Below are positions 36,151-49,379 of a DNA stretch of 64,000 nt, in pieces (within the stretch, counting starts at the first letter, position 1; each line of letters opens with the position of its first letter). The stretch lies in contig JAHRHZ010000041.1 in NCBI GenBank assembly GCA_024137785.1, positions 5,531,052 to 5,595,051 of the forward strand, written 5' to 3'. This DNA comes from Ginglymostoma cirratum (Eukaryota). The position numbers and the translations under genes were made by a program. The notes beneath the pieces are model-generated. The model ran no database searches, was not told the DNA's origin, and was given only the letters and a program-made list of their open reading frames with translations.

Positions 36151-39100
36151 TGAACGTTTGGTTACTTTTTCCTCCAAATATCTTAGTTGTGAGGATCACC
36201 GATAATCGAAAACGTGTCTGTAGAAACCTTTACTTTTCAAATGAGCTAAAAGGTAAGGGGAACAGTGTAAAAAATAACAACAGAAGTTGCTAGAGAAGCT
36301 GCAGCATCTGTGAAGAGAAAGCAATGTGAAAAGGTATTGTCGCACTTAGAAATAGCACCAGAAGGGCTTGGCAAAATTACTTGTGCAACAAAAGCTTTAA
36401 AGATATGAAACTGAGAAAATTAAAAATGCAAAACTCAAGTTGACATAATTGATCCAACACTATTTTGAAGAGCAGGGCAGTTCTTCCAGGTACCTTAGAA
36501 CATCAGTGACTAAGTGTCCCCTAATTTTAAGGGATGTCTCTAACTTAGTCTGTTTTTTTGGGAAGTCTTTTGCCCAGTGCCTGTGGGACAGGACAGGCTA
36601 AGTGCCTCAGTTCAGCAATGTGAGTGAAATCAAATGAAGGGGTGGTATTATAGTGGTACTTTCCCTTGACTAACAATCCAAAGGGCCCGGCTAATGTCCT
36701 GGAGACATAGGTTCATCTCGCACCATTAAATCAAATAATCAAATTAAAATAACAGTGACCATATTACCACTATTGTTAAGAACCCGCCTGTCACTCTAAT
36801 GTCCTTTAGAGAAGGGAATCTGGCGTCCTTACCTTGGTTGGCCTATATGTGACTCCAGACCCACAGTAATGTGGTTGACTCTTAACTGATCTCTAACATG
36901 CCCAAGCAAGCTGCTCAGGTCAAGGGCACTTAGAGATGACGACAAATGCTGGCTTTGCCAGTGATGCCCTCATCCCATTAAGGAATAGAATGTGAAAGTC
37001 CATGAGTTAACTGGCGGAAAGATGCTAACATTCTTTGAGAGTTTTGGATGCTGTAAGATTCCCAAGCCACACATCATCCTTTGGAACGAGATCACTATTC
37101 TTTCAGTGTTGCTGGATCAAAATCCTGGAACTCTCTTCCTCATAGCACCGTGGGTGCCCCTGCAGAACAAGTGTTGCAGTCGTTCAAGAAGGCAGTGCAC
37201 CACCACCTTCTCCAGGGTAGGTAGGGCTGAATAATAAATGCTGGGCCAGTCAGCAATACATACACCCCATGCAAGAATATTCAAACATTCCACTCTTATT
37301 CTCACCAAAACGACCCATCCTCTATTATTGCCAACAGCAGTGCCCTACTCCCAGAACCATCCAACTTCCAGTCACAACCAAATAAACTGCTCCTTATGTT
37401 ATTACGATTGATTTGGCCACTCTCTGAATATTTTTTGCTGAACAATTTTTGAGAAACAGATGAGCTGGTCAATATCACACTGTAGTCAGTGGGAGCTTTC
37501 TGTGCACGAATTACAAGTTATTGCGTTTCCAGAGGCTACATAATTGGATGGCAAGAGTTTCAAAATGTCAAGTGGATGTGAAAGCCTGTAGAAATGCCAG
37601 GCTTTTTCTTTCCCATCACATTCCCTTCTGGAATCAGCTATGCAGGAAACTATGACCAGCAAAACTAACTTCATTAATAGGGCATGATTAATAATCAAGT
37701 CTACACATGGGAATGCAGGAGTTGGGTGTGCAATCTCCTTTTGATTTGGAATATCTAGTCATTGGTGGGTATTTTGATATTTAGTAATCAACCTGTTCAG
37801 AGATGTTATTCTACACCTCTGCAGCAGATGGGACTTTAAGATGGGCCTCCTAGCTTGAAGGTAGGTACACTATTATTGCACCACACAATCCGCTCTAGTG
37901 GCCATTTGTATCTGTAGAGAAAGACATATACCTCCCCAACTAATGCGCATGGCCTAAAGTTGCGGTTGGGGAGATCTCATTGAAACTAATCGTAGAAGAA
38001 ATTACAGTTAAACCTCTGGCTTTCCCAAAATCTCTGGTGACTTCAGGTGCACCGATCCTGTTTTCAGTTATACCACAACTACAGACTTTGCAAACCGAAA
38101 GTACTTCACACCAACCTTCCCTCTGGGCACAGCCAAAGCACGCCACAAGATGGAGACAGGGCAGGAAAGGAAATGCAGTAAGACAGTGCACCCCAAACCT
38201 TTCCCCACTCTAACCCCATAATCAAGGCTTGAAACCTGTGGCAACTCCTCAGTGAAACTGGAAGAGTGGATTGGGAAGAGGTGGGCTGCAGGGTGGTGAG
38301 TTGGGGCTTGTTAGAGCAGGGGAAAGGTAATGGTAAAGTCCCCATAATCCCAGAGGACCATAGGGCTGCTCTCTCATTCAGACAGAGGTGACTGGTGGTG
38401 GCTTCACCTGAGGATCACCATGATTCAGGTGTGGGGTGAGGTTGAGATGGTGGAGAACTTCAACTGTTCTAACTCCATCAGAACTCTGGTAGCTATTGCC
38501 ATGTTTGAGCTCCTGGCCTCCCATTTTGGGAAGCTCTACACTAGGGGCTCTTAGTCTGGAGCAGTTTGAAATTATAATATTTAACAAGACAATTTACAGG
38601 ACCCAAGGACAAAGGTGGGTACAAGTAAAAAGGGAACTAAGAGGGTTTACAAGTAAAAGGGTTTACAATCGATTTTAATAAAGTTTTGCTAGAATGATTG
38701 CTAGCATGGGAGAGATGTCCTATGACAAGTGATTGAGTAGAATAAGCCAATATTCTCTGGCATTTAGAGGATTGACAAGTGATCTCATCACAATGTAGAA
38801 AATTGTTTGATGTTTTGGCAGAGTAGATGCTGATGGGCTGTTTCCACAAGTGGAACAAAGGGTGTGTCTCAGGATAAGGGCTCATCTGAATTTCTTCAAA
38901 GTGTTGTGGCTCTTTCAAATTCTCTACCTCAGAGTGTTGTGACACTCAAGATTCAGAAGAGAGGTTTGGACAACGAGGGATTCCACTGACAAAATAGGAC
39001 AGGTAAGCGTAGCCGGGGTAGATTACTGAATGATCCAGAAAGCTAGGGGGCTATATGACCCACTCCCGACCTTACTGAAGTCCTTAGGTCAGAAAGCACT

Positions 39101-39287
39101 TTACAAAGAATGATTGTTTCCAGAGGCTGTTTTATCTAGTATCAGAGGAACAAAAATTCTGCAATCGCTTGATAAACAGGATCAAGCTGTAACTGAAGCC
39201 AGTTGGTACAGGTGGCTGGACAGAGAGTGGGAATACCCAGGAATTTTCCCTGCCTCTAATTATTACTGGTACACTTGTTTCTAACCT

Positions 39288-39845
39288 TAAATCAACCTGT
39301 TCAAAAAGGTGTTATGACCGATCTCCAGGACAGCTGGGACATAAACTGGACTTTCTGCCAGAAGTAGGAACACTACCATTGCACCACAAGTCCCCTCTAC
39401 CATGTAGATGTTCATAGTCAACCTGATGAGGTGTTATGGCATCGCTCTGGAACAAGTGAAACTTCAACTTGGATCTTCTGTCCTAGAGGTAGGGACACTG
39501 CCACCGCACAAGAACCACATTTATACACTGACAAGATGTGTGGGGTGCTGGCATTGCTTCTAATTTCAATACAATGAAGTTTCTTATCCAAATTAAACTC
39601 TATCTTCAACCACAATGAGTACAACGACCTTGCTATGATCTGCATGTGGTCTGTGCTCACAAGTGCCCCCAAGTGGACGATGGTGGCACTGCAGCTTAAC
39701 AAATTTTGAGGTCAGTTTACCAGCTTGAAGATATTTATTCAATGTGATCAGAGACATTATTACATACCACTAGAGCAGGCAAAACTTGAACCTAGGCCAC
39801 CTGCCTCAAAAGTAGAATCTCTACAATTGCACCACATCAGGCCCC
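39288..39845 (-). mobile_element. Cluster of three short (~110 bp) tRNA-derived SINEs; same family at ~10823, 12095, 18680, 37785, 48478 and 57955
   Basis: Repeated ATCAACCTGTTCAGAGATGTTAT.ACAC...GGACTTGAAC...GGTAGG.ACACTACCA.TGCACCACAA. Confidence 0.7.
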
Positions 39846-40087
39846 CTTTAACCAGCTTGAAAATATTTCTCACTAATTCTTCACCATCAGGATGTTGTCA
39901 ACAAAGTCCAGTCTTATAGGAAAACTATAAAGGAGGCAGAAAATGCCAATCAGTCAGCATCTTTGTGGAGAGGAGGTCAATTAGTCCTTTGGATATAGAA
40001 CAACGTGACTTGAAAGAGGAGTTAGGCAAGCAAAAGAGCACGGAGGTAAACCCAAAAAGTAATGTGGGATGTTTTAAAATTTGTCGA

Positions 40088-40296
40088 TATAGTGTGGCGC
40101 TGGAGGAACACAGCAGGTCAGGCAGCAAAGGAAAAGGAGTGTCGACGTTTCAGGCCTAGACCCTTCATCAGCGCTGAAGGAAGGTCTAGGCTCAAAACAG
40201 CGGCTCTCCTACTCCGACGCTGCCTGACCTGCTGTGTTCCTCCAGCTCCACACTATAATCGATTCTGACTCCAACATCTGCAGTTCTTGCTATCTC
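40088..40296 (+). mobile_element. PLE-derived hairpin mini-element (older subfamily)
   Basis: Inverted arms around CCCTTCATCAGCGCTGAAGG. Confidence 0.8.
40144..40171 (-). ncRNA. Minimal hammerhead ribozyme core (PLE-associated)
   Basis: CTGATGA-A-GGGTCTAGGCCT-GAAAC-GTC on the minus strand. Confidence 0.55.
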
Positions 40297-42143
40297 TGTT
40301 TTACTTGGTCATATCATGGACAGAAACTAATGATCAAACACATAATAAAATTATTTCACAAACTTAAGTAACCAGAAAATGTTATGGGGATATAGGAAGA
40401 GGAAGTGGCTGTTCAGTTCCTCCTTGTCCATTCTGGTAATAAATTATGTCAAAACTGATCTACATCTTCAATTCATCTATGTATCTTGGCTCTGCAATCC
40501 TTAATTACAAAAATACAAAAACAAAATCTATCAAATTCTGCCTTGAAATTTTCAATGGATCCCCAGAGGAGACAGCTGAAGAATTCCATGATCCTTTGCA
40601 TGAAGGCATTCTCCGGATAATACCTTAAATGGTTGGACGTTTAAAAGGTAACATTCCTTCTCAAACATTAAAAGTATGAAACTAAGTTGATGCTGGCAAT
40701 ATCTTGGGTTATCATTGCTGTGGCCTAGAATTAGTTCAAAACCAATTTATAGGTATGCGTCTGATCTTTTGGGTTTCTCATGAATAGATGATGTGGTTAG
40801 AAACTCTGCATAAAGACCTCAATCATGTGATCTTGCTCAGAATCTCTATTTACAACCTAGAGTTTGCCCAGAAGCATTTAGAGAAATGTCCTGGGCAAAC
40901 TTCTAGGCCAGCAATTTTCCCAGCTGAAGCAGGACCGTCCAGTCCAAGAACCCAAGCAGTCAGCAGCAGTGAGAACTGATGCTGAGCCCATATCCCTTTT
41001 CTTAGCAGTAGCTGCTGCATTCCATGGCTTACAAAACTTGAGGAATAGAGCGGCAGGTAAATGGGTAATGGCTTAGGGTAGGTCATGGGCTCTTGGTTTT
41101 GTGAAGGTTTTTGGGATGGATTAAGGTTAAGAAAAAACAAGGGAGCTGGGAAGGGAATGTCAGGTCAGGTCAGATCAGGTGGATTTCAGATGCCTGTGAA
41201 AGTCAGGGAGGGGGTCACTAGTGTCCTTCCCCTCCATGGCCAACTGCCTCTACTGGTACAGCTTGTCTAGACTGAGCTGTCCCTACACCTTGGGCTCCTC
41301 AAGGTGTGAATGCCAAACAAATGACACTGAGGCCCAGTTGTTTTTTTCAAAACCCATGTGCACCAAGTTAAGTAGACTCAAACTCAAATACAGCATCCTT
41401 ACAGGTCACACTGGCTCAGAACCCACTACTAAGAGGCATAAAATTTGATGGAAATAAGTAACCCACTCATTAAAGCATTTTTGCATTTTACTGTATATTC
41501 CATTGAATGATCCAAGAAATACAAGACAATGTGAAGTAGGCAGTGAACAATAAACAGGGTGATTTAGGGTATGAATCCAAGCTCCCATAATGGTTCACAA
41601 TTGTATATATGAAATGAAGTATCATCTATACGGGAATCTTTGAGATTGAAAAACAATGATAGGCAAAGATTTTACTTCACAAAGGCTGTACAACACAGAA
41701 CTGTTTTAAAATTGCTCAGAATTGTTAAAATAAAATGAGATCTTTTAGCAATCAAGTCTATTCTTACAATAATATCATACATAATTACAACTAGATGATA
41801 ACCAAGAATCACCCAGACCCTAGATAACACCATTCACAGCATTAACAAAGCTTTCAGGTCATTAATAGATTGAGGCCCTAAACAAGCATTGTACTGTAAA
41901 TTCTTTATAAAAGTACTTCCAGTCTCTGAACAGCTAGTAAAATTAGAATTCCCCTCATTCACAAGGCAACAGGTTGTCTGTTACTGCTACCCATTTCCGA
42001 TACATTTTATTCGTAGTAATAAAATAGGGCCAATTAGAATACTGAGCAATGCCTGGATTATATGACATTCATAGTATTGCTCTTGGCAGGGATGACAGTG
42101 CTTCACTGGAGCAAAGCAAGGGCAAGTAGGGAATGGGAGTAGC

Positions 42144-42590
42144 TCATTCCTCTTTGCTGACATTTTCAGTGGCTGCCTGGCCATTGGAAGGAGAGCTACA
42201 CAGCTTTCCCTCGGCTGTCAACTTTCTCAGGTAGTCATGTGGTCCTTTGCCTTCGAAGGCAGATGGGCACTTGTAGGAGCCTCCAATTCTGTCCCAGAGC
42301 GTAAAATATTGTCCATAATTGTAGTCAAAGTACAGGTGGTGGTCAGTGTGATGGGCTGCACCGTTGATGACCTCCTCAAGGATCTTAGGCACTCTGTAAT
42401 TCCCATCGTGAATGGACACTGTCCAGATGTTGACGAAGATGTAAAGACCCAGGTAGACCAGCTTGTGCAGCGGGAACAGGAATGGATAGATATGATATGG
42501 GATACTCTGCAGGAAGCCATCAATAGGATGAAAAGCGTGACTTGCGAATGGGGTTGCAATCTTCCAGGTATGGTGGGGCTTGTGTAAGCG
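42144..42590 (-). CDS. SC5D: SC5D last coding exon (447 nt incl. TGA)
   Basis: TGCAG|CGC TTA CAC AAG CCC CAC CAT = RLHKPHH...; continues in the ORF-track frame [10 protein letters not shown]...HHTDHH...SKEE*. An AATAAA lies on the minus strand at 42006-42011. Confidence 0.96.
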   Translation of the reverse strand, partial: RLHKPHHTWKIATPFASHAFHPIDGFLQSIPYHIYPFLFPLHKLVYLGLYIFVNIWTVSIHDGNYRVPKILEEVINGAAHHTDHHLYFDYNYGQYFTLWDRIGGSYKCPSAFEGKGPHDYLRKLTAEGKLCSSPSNGQAATENVSKEE

Positions 42591-45500
42591 CTGCAGACAA
42601 GAGAGGAATTACATATCAGCATATTAGCGATCACTTGAAACTAAAAATAAAGGCACACAGTTCTAAAAAACAAAACCAAAGGATTTTAAATATCAACCAT
42701 ATTATGATAACACCAAGAAACATGGGACTTGAACATGCATCATCTGGCCCAGAAGCATGGACATTTGACTGATGCTATAAGATTTCTTCAGGAAACAATT
42801 CTATTTACTGAAGATGCTCTTCAGTCATGATCTGGCCCTCATGATGTCAGATGTCCATCAGCATCCAGAACCAGGGCTAGATGCAATAATAAGAAACATC
42901 AGCATTTTAAAATAAATTTATGAAGTGGAAATAAGGTTAGTCGTAGATTTCTGACACATTCCTTTCAGGTAATGCAATCAACATTAACTTTCAAAGGGGA
43001 AACTGAATAATATTAGAGGAGAAATTTAGAGGAAAGACCGGAGTGGGTCTAATGAAGAGCTGCTTCAGTGGGGTGCAAGGTCTCCTTCTGACCTATCCAA
43101 TATCGTCATCAATGCTAGCATGTCTGATTAGCCCCCTTTCGTTGAAGCAGGTATCTAATCGTGACAAATAAAATCTAAACCCCATTTTCAAATCTCTGAA
43201 TAATCTGTGTATGAAAGCCGTACTGCCTTGTAACTCTAACACTTACCTTATAGAGGAGCCTGTGGTGAAGAAACCGATGGATCCAGTAAATACACATGTC
43301 CGTGAAGAACAGAAAGGAGACCATACTGAAGATTACTCCAAACCAACCTGATTAAACAGGAAGACAAAATCATAGGGTGGTAGTTTCCTCAGTATACAAT
43401 CACAGACATTAGCCACCTATTCCAGTTCATCATACACACATGGCTCTAAGCATCACAGTCACAAGCCATAACCTTGAGGATTTTGGGGGAAAAAGTGCCG
43501 GGGGGGGGGGGGGGGCCCCCCTTGTAGAACTCACACCACATGGCACAAACAAAGCAAAGCAGGAGTTAATACCTAAGGAGTACACTTACTGCTCTTTCCC
43601 TGCCCTGCCGTTATTTGAAAAGTGGCTTTTTCCTTGGCCCACTTTACTCAGACAGAATTTCCAGAAATAATAGCTACATTTATACGGCACCTTTAAAATA
43701 GTGGAACATCCCAAGGTCCTTCACATGCAGGTTATCGTACAAACCTTATATTAGGCCACACATGGATACAGGGCAGGTGATCCAATGTTGGGAGGGAGAG
43801 AAGAAAAGAAAGGAAAATGGAAAAAAGGAAAATGGAAAAAAGGAAAATGGAAAAAAGGAAAATGGAAAAAAGGAAAATGGAAAAAAGGAAANNNNNNNNN
43901 NAAATGGAAAAAAGGAAAATGGAAAAAAGGAAAATGGAAAAAAGGAAAGAAAAGCTGAAACTGTTTGGAGGGGGAATGCTTCATCCTAGGCAACCAATTG
44001 AAACTAGAACTCAGGAACCTACAATAGTGGAACCAATGGCAGGAACAGGGAATGGGATTACAACTTGTTCCATACAACTAAGATATTTCCAAAGCAACAT
44101 GTTCATCAGATTCTCAAATCAGCCATGGACTACAAAGACAGAGCAGATGGGAGGGGTTAAAATGACTTACTCTTGCTCCATGTCACCTGGTCTCAGGTTT
44201 CAAGAACAATGCAAGGTTCAGCTCGCTGCCCAGTGTGAGGGAATCAAGTGAAATATTGGCCAAAATCCACTTCCCCATGTGGAGTTCCCATTTCCCTGTT
44301 TTGTTAACAACATTTACCATAATGGGAATCCTCGATATAGTCGTACAATTTGCTGTAACCTCGGACCTCTGCAAAGAATAACGCCACTGTTGGAATGCTC
44401 ATCCATGGCATTGACTTCAAAGCATATTTTATCTCCCGCTGCACTTGATTCTATAAAAAGGGGAGGGGGTGGAAAAGAAAGACTGGTTTTAAAAATATCC
44501 ACAACATCTATCTGAATTACCTTTCCAACAAAGAAGCACAGCGCAGAAATGTTTTCTTTATTCATTCATGGGATGAGGGCATCGTTGGCCAGGCAGCATT
44601 TATTGCCCATCCCTAATTGCCCAGAGGTCAGTAAGGATGACAGTTTCCTTCCCTAAAGGACACTAGTGAACCAGGTGGGTTTTCCCGACAAATCGACAAT
44701 GGATTCATGGTCATCATTAAATTCTTAATTGCAGATATTTATTGAATTCAAATTCCACCATCTACCATGGCAGGATTCGAACCTGGGTCCCCCAAAGTTA
44801 TGTGAGTCTCTGGATTAAGAGTCCAGCGATAATAAGGTCATTTGGTGCAGTATACCTGAGCCAGTTTCTAACAGGTTATAGCTACTGGGCTGTCAAAACC
44901 ACACCTCAGTCATTAAGACCTCTCATTCTAAGACAGCAGCCAGAGGCAAGTTGTTCTGCAGAGGTAGCACAGAGAAATAAAGAATAGAAAGTGAAATAAT
45001 AAGTAATTATGAAATATGAACATAAAATAGTGACTTATAAGCCAAAAAAAAATTAGCATTTCAAAATTTAAAATAAAATCCCATTTGCTGGTCTGAGCAA
45101 GCGTTGTCAAAACAATTTTAAAAACACCCAAGGATTCTATTTTTCCATCAAGCACTGACTCAGGAACTCACACCATTTCCTCCACATGAATGATAGAAAT
45201 ACATGATGCAGAGTATAATATAGTGGTTGCATATACAACACAACAGATATTCCATCTGATGAGTCAACGCAATAGGACATTTCACAAGAATGTCAAGAAG
45301 CCTTTAATTCCATTGCTTTTAAAATGGCCTTGCTGGGACCTTGCTGTGTACTTACACAGGAAAGATTTGCAGGATTGTCAGCATAAAAAAAAAGGTGGTG
45401 TGGTGGTCGAGACTAATTGTTTGTTTATAGGGTTTTTAAAAGAGCTAGCCAATTAAATGAACTGAGAGACGCAGAGACGTCAGGGATATAGCACATACCG

Positions 45501-45708
45501 GCAAATACTGCGGATGTTTCTTCAGTGTGTGATCAAAAATGAAGTAATAGCTAAACATTCCGAAGAGGAGGTAGATAGCAGCGGCTCCCAAATTTGTTAC
45601 AACTAGGAGGCTGATTATCTGGCGTACAGCTTCATCCTCTGGCCAGGAACTGGGGTACACGTATGGTGTGAAGAAGTAGTAGTCTGTGTAATGCAGTACG
45701 ATATCCAT
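42144..45708 (-). CDS. SC5D: Lathosterol oxidase / sterol-C5-desaturase, complete spliced CDS join(45708-45499,44450-44318,43347-43247,42590-42144), 891 nt, 296 aa
   Basis: Translation [26 protein letters not shown]...KHPQYLP|[45 protein letters not shown]|[33 protein letters not shown]|[22 protein letters not shown]...[26 protein letters not shown] closely matches vertebrate SC5D. Three His boxes (HRFLH, HKPHH, HHTDHH). All introns are GT-AG with consistent phases 0,1,0. Confidence 0.97.
43247..43347 (-). CDS. SC5D: SC5D third coding exon (101 nt)
   Basis: AATCAG|GT TGG TTT... = [34 protein letters not shown]; donor AAG|GTAAGT. Confidence 0.96.
43806..43948 (+). repeat. 15-bp purine-rich tandem repeat (GGAAAATGGAAAAAA) spanning an assembly gap (N 43892-43901)
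   Basis: Perfect repeats on both sides of a 10-N gap; true length unknown. Confidence 0.9.
44318..44450 (-). CDS. SC5D: SC5D second coding exon (133 nt)
   Basis: TTTTTATAG|AATCAAGTG... = NQVQREIKY...EDSHYG; donor G|GTAAAT. This frame is not shown in the ORF track. Confidence 0.96.
44550..44833 (-). mobile_element. SINE of the same family in the SC5D intron, directly upstream of the duplicated segment
   Basis: B box GGTTCGAATCC; internal ~54-bp deletion relative to 26361-26545. Confidence 0.85.
45499..45708 (-). CDS. SC5D: SC5D first coding exon (210 nt coding; exon starts at 45716)
   Basis: ACAG|GTTATGCC-ATG start; [19 protein letters not shown]...HPQYLP; donor CCG|GTATGT at 45498. Confidence 0.96.
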
Positions 45709-46533
45709 GGCATAACCTGTAAACCAAAAGAGACGTTAGTGATTCATCATGTATGAAAACTTAATTCCCAGTGAACACACAGCACTCTTTCCAGGTCTTC
45801 ATTCACAGTGACCCTGACTGGACTGACCTATACTGTGAGATGCTTAACTTAAAAACATTCAAAGAAATTCCCTTGTCTGGTATTGTTCAGCAGCAATGCT
45901 TAGATTATTCCCTTTTACAATAATATTAAATAAGTGGAAGAGAATTTCAAAGTAGTCTGTTTAGTGATTAAGCACAAGAATTTAGACTGTCATTTCAACG
46001 TGAGAGGAGCTACATAAACAGTTATCACCAAAGTGCAAAAGCTTTTAGGGTGTCCTGAAATCACTAAAGACACTTTATAAATGCAAGTCTTTCCTTGAAA
46101 AAGTTAAGCACAGCATTTCTATTACCAGATCAGTGATGGGACTGCCATATTTTTAGTGCAAAATAGTCTCCAACGAAAAAGCATGATGCTTCTCTTTTAC
46201 ATTTGCCTTTACCCAAACTTACCATTAACACCAAACCTGTCGCTCACCGTTTGGATTTTGATCATCCACTGCAAATATTCTAAAGGGCCTCCAATAACAC
46301 CACCGTACATTTCTATAGCAACTTCCATGGTGGAAAACATCAAGATGCTTTGTGGCAGCCATTATCTAATTTTATGGGACTTTATAAAAGGAGAACAGAG
46401 AGGTGGAAAGATTTAGGGATCTTAAGTTCAAAGTGGCTGAATAAGGTCAAGGGCATAAATCTGAAGAATTTAGGAACAGATTTAAAGGAGGGTGAGGCCT
46501 CAAGGATCGGAAACAAAAGAAGATTTTAAAATA

Positions 46534-46733
46534 GAGATAACAAGGTGTAAGGCTGGATGAACACAGCAGGCCAAGCAGCATCAGAGGAGCAGGAAAGCTG
46601 ACGTTTCAGAAGAAGGGTCTAGGCCCGAAACGTCAGCTTTCCTACTCCTCTGATGCTGCTTGGCCTGCTGTGTTCATCCAGCCTTACACCTTGTTATCTC
46701 AGATTCTCCAGCATCTGCAGTTCCTACTATCTC
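46534..46733 (+). mobile_element. PLE-derived hairpin mini-element in SC5D intron 1
   Basis: Near-perfect ~73-bp inverted arms plus a 3' tail; 14-bp TSD AAGATTTTAAAATA at 46520-46533 and 46738-46751. Confidence 0.9.
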
Positions 46734-47439
46734 GGAAAAGATTTTAAAATACATGCCTTGCTAAACCTGGAACCAAACATACATCAAACGAGCATTAGGG
46801 TTGGTAAGTGATTAGCACTGGACGTTAATTCAGCCACAGGCAGAGTTTTGGGTAAGCTTAACCTCACGAAGGATGGCATGTGGGAAGTCAGCCAGGACAG
46901 AGTTCAAATCATTGAGGTTGGTAATTTACAATGTTAGAAACTCTGAAGTACAGAAAATATGCTCAGAAATTACTGCAAGACATTCGTCTACAAAATATTT
47001 AGTCTCTTCTATAAAACGCTACAAAAGAATGTCAGTGAACAGGCAAGACCCTAAAACAGAACACTGGATTCAGCCTGATAAGTTGCTTAATTCCAAATAA
47101 AATTATTTTGCATTTAAACATATGGAATGACAATACCCACACTGCAAGGTTATCCAAACACAATATAAACTCAATTCAAAACAACCCTAACATATCATTT
47201 CTTTTCAAAATTATCTTGAAAATGTGTGAAATCCAGAACATGCGACGTCTTTGTGGGTGCTTACATAAAGCTGACAACTGCAAAACCACATTAATCTGAC
47301 ATGCTGGATTTCACTGACATAAACCACTTCACCGTTAACAATCAGGATTGTAACCAGTAGCCACAGGTAAAAAAGCCCTTTGGGTTGGTGTCAGATTTTA
47401 GGCTGATGCTTTCTTTCAGCAGTTTCTTTCATTGTACAT

Positions 47440-47755
47440 TTTGGATGAGACATTAAACAGAGGCTCACATCTGCCTGCTCGGGTAGATGCAAAAGATAGG
47501 GTGGCACTATTTCAAAGAAGAGCAGGACAGAGCTTTTCCCAGCTGGCCAATATTCATTCCCTAATTAGCCTCACAATAAAACAAACGGACCTGGTCATTT
47601 TCCAATTGCTGTTTGTTGAGCTCACCACACGCGCATTGGTTTCAATGTTTCCTAAATTATAACAACGATTCCACTTCAGCAAAGTCCTCTGTTGGCTATA
47701 AAGCACTTTGGAGTTTGTCCAAGGGTCATGCATAGTACTGGGCAAATGCAAGACG
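47440..47755 (+). mobile_element. DeuSINE fragment
   Basis: GGATGAGACATTAAAC...GGCACTATTTCAAAGAAGAGCAGG... Confidence 0.7.
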
Positions 47756-49379
47756 TCACACTTCTATTTGGACTCTGACCAAATTGATCAATTAGGGATC
47801 AAATTAAAGCAAACTACTATGGACACTGAAAAACTGAACTAAAAACACAGTCAGGCAAAATCTCTGGTCTGGCATAGTTTGAGGAGAGAGAACCAAAGTT
47901 AACATGAATTTATTGCTACAGCCCACTTAGAAAAGTGCACCATTTCTTGAACCCCACTACTGCCAGATTTGTGGCAAAAGTTAATGATTTAATCAAAGTA
48001 TATAAAGCCCAGATTTACCAGTCTGATGGAATCAGGCAACCAGAAAACTGACCAGAATCTTGTACATAATAAAAACAATTTATTACAAGTAATTAAATTC
48101 TAACCATAAGTAAACAGTTATGAACCACCAACATATAACTGTACAAATGAAACTAACTCGTGCTTTAAACATACAAACACAAGATTCGTGTGTCAGGAGA
48201 GAAGGCAAAAAAAAAAATGCTAGGGAAACACAGTCCATTAGCCCCAGTCCTCAGTAGGAAAGCAGATTTTTTTTTATTACCAAAACCTTCCGTTCTCCAA
48301 ATATTCTTCATTTCAGACTCTCAGTTCTTTTTCAAAAGATCCAGGGGATTTACTCATCAATTGTTCAGTTTCACAGTCACTGGTCAGAGTCAACAGCTTA
48401 TTATTTTGCTGCAGAGAAATAGAGACAGACCCTGCTTTTTCCAGTCTGCAAAATCTTTTACCACTACAGAAATTTGATCAACCTGTTCAAAGATGTCATT
48501 ACACACCTCTAAAAGCAGGTGGGACTTGAATTCAGGTATCCCCATTCAGAGGTACGGTCACTATCACCGCGCCATTCACACACACGCACACATTTACAAA
48601 CTGCTCAGCTGTCTTGGAATTAGGTTGTGGATATCAGGCTGATGACCATTGGTATTCACAACCTATCACAAGTGCACTAACCAATCAGTGCCCTGTTGCT
48701 TGCAGATCTCACTCTGTACATACTCTGGTGTTTTATCACATCTCCCTAACTGCGTGCAAAGCAATACTGTAAACATACCAAGTGCCAGCAACTTGTTTTC
48801 AAATGTATGGCAATTCTTTCCATAGTCCTTGGTTTAAAAAGAGTTCTTTTTCATTTTAGACCAAAGTCAAAAATACAAAAAAAAGTTGTAGATTTTATGC
48901 TAACATGACTCTTAGTTATGAAGAAGGATCATATTGGACTCAATATTAATTCTTTCTCTCTTTACAGATGCTATCAAACCTGCTGCATTTTTCTCAGCAT
49001 TTTCTGTTTTGTAAATTACACAGTTTCTTTGACAAATAAGGGAAAGCACAGAGCTGGTAGTGAAACTGTGTATAGCAATTCACAAGACAAACTGTCTACA
49101 GTCAACAGCTGTACTATACAATCAGACTGTTAACTGGGGTACAGTCTATTAATTGAAGTGTTAATATGTTATTATGCAGTTTCCACCAGCTACAAATATT
49201 AAAAAAAGCCTGTATCTGACAATAACAAAGAAGTTATGTAAGGAAAGAAAGAAAGCTTAACTTTGTTCTCTTAGGTTCACTGGTGCATGTAACCAGCATT
49301 CATCACTTTTAGAGGTGTAGACATATTTTCCTTCAAGTGCTGCTCAGAAAAAGTGAATATTATTTATTAGGTTTAATAA

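Noticed and set aside
43751-44251. Repetitive ORFs (MEKRK)n / (FFHFP)n
   Set aside because: Translation of a 15-bp tandem repeat across an N gap in an SC5D intron.
44314-44565. ORF-track peptide ...[17 protein letters not shown], also at 26593-26781
   Set aside because: Off-frame reading of the SC5D exon; the true frame is NQVQREIKY...
46534-46733. Hairpins as miRNA precursors or DNA-transposon MITEs
   Set aside because: Arms match the PLE 3' end, are asymmetric and have long variable TSDs; no evidence of miRNA processing can be read from sequence.
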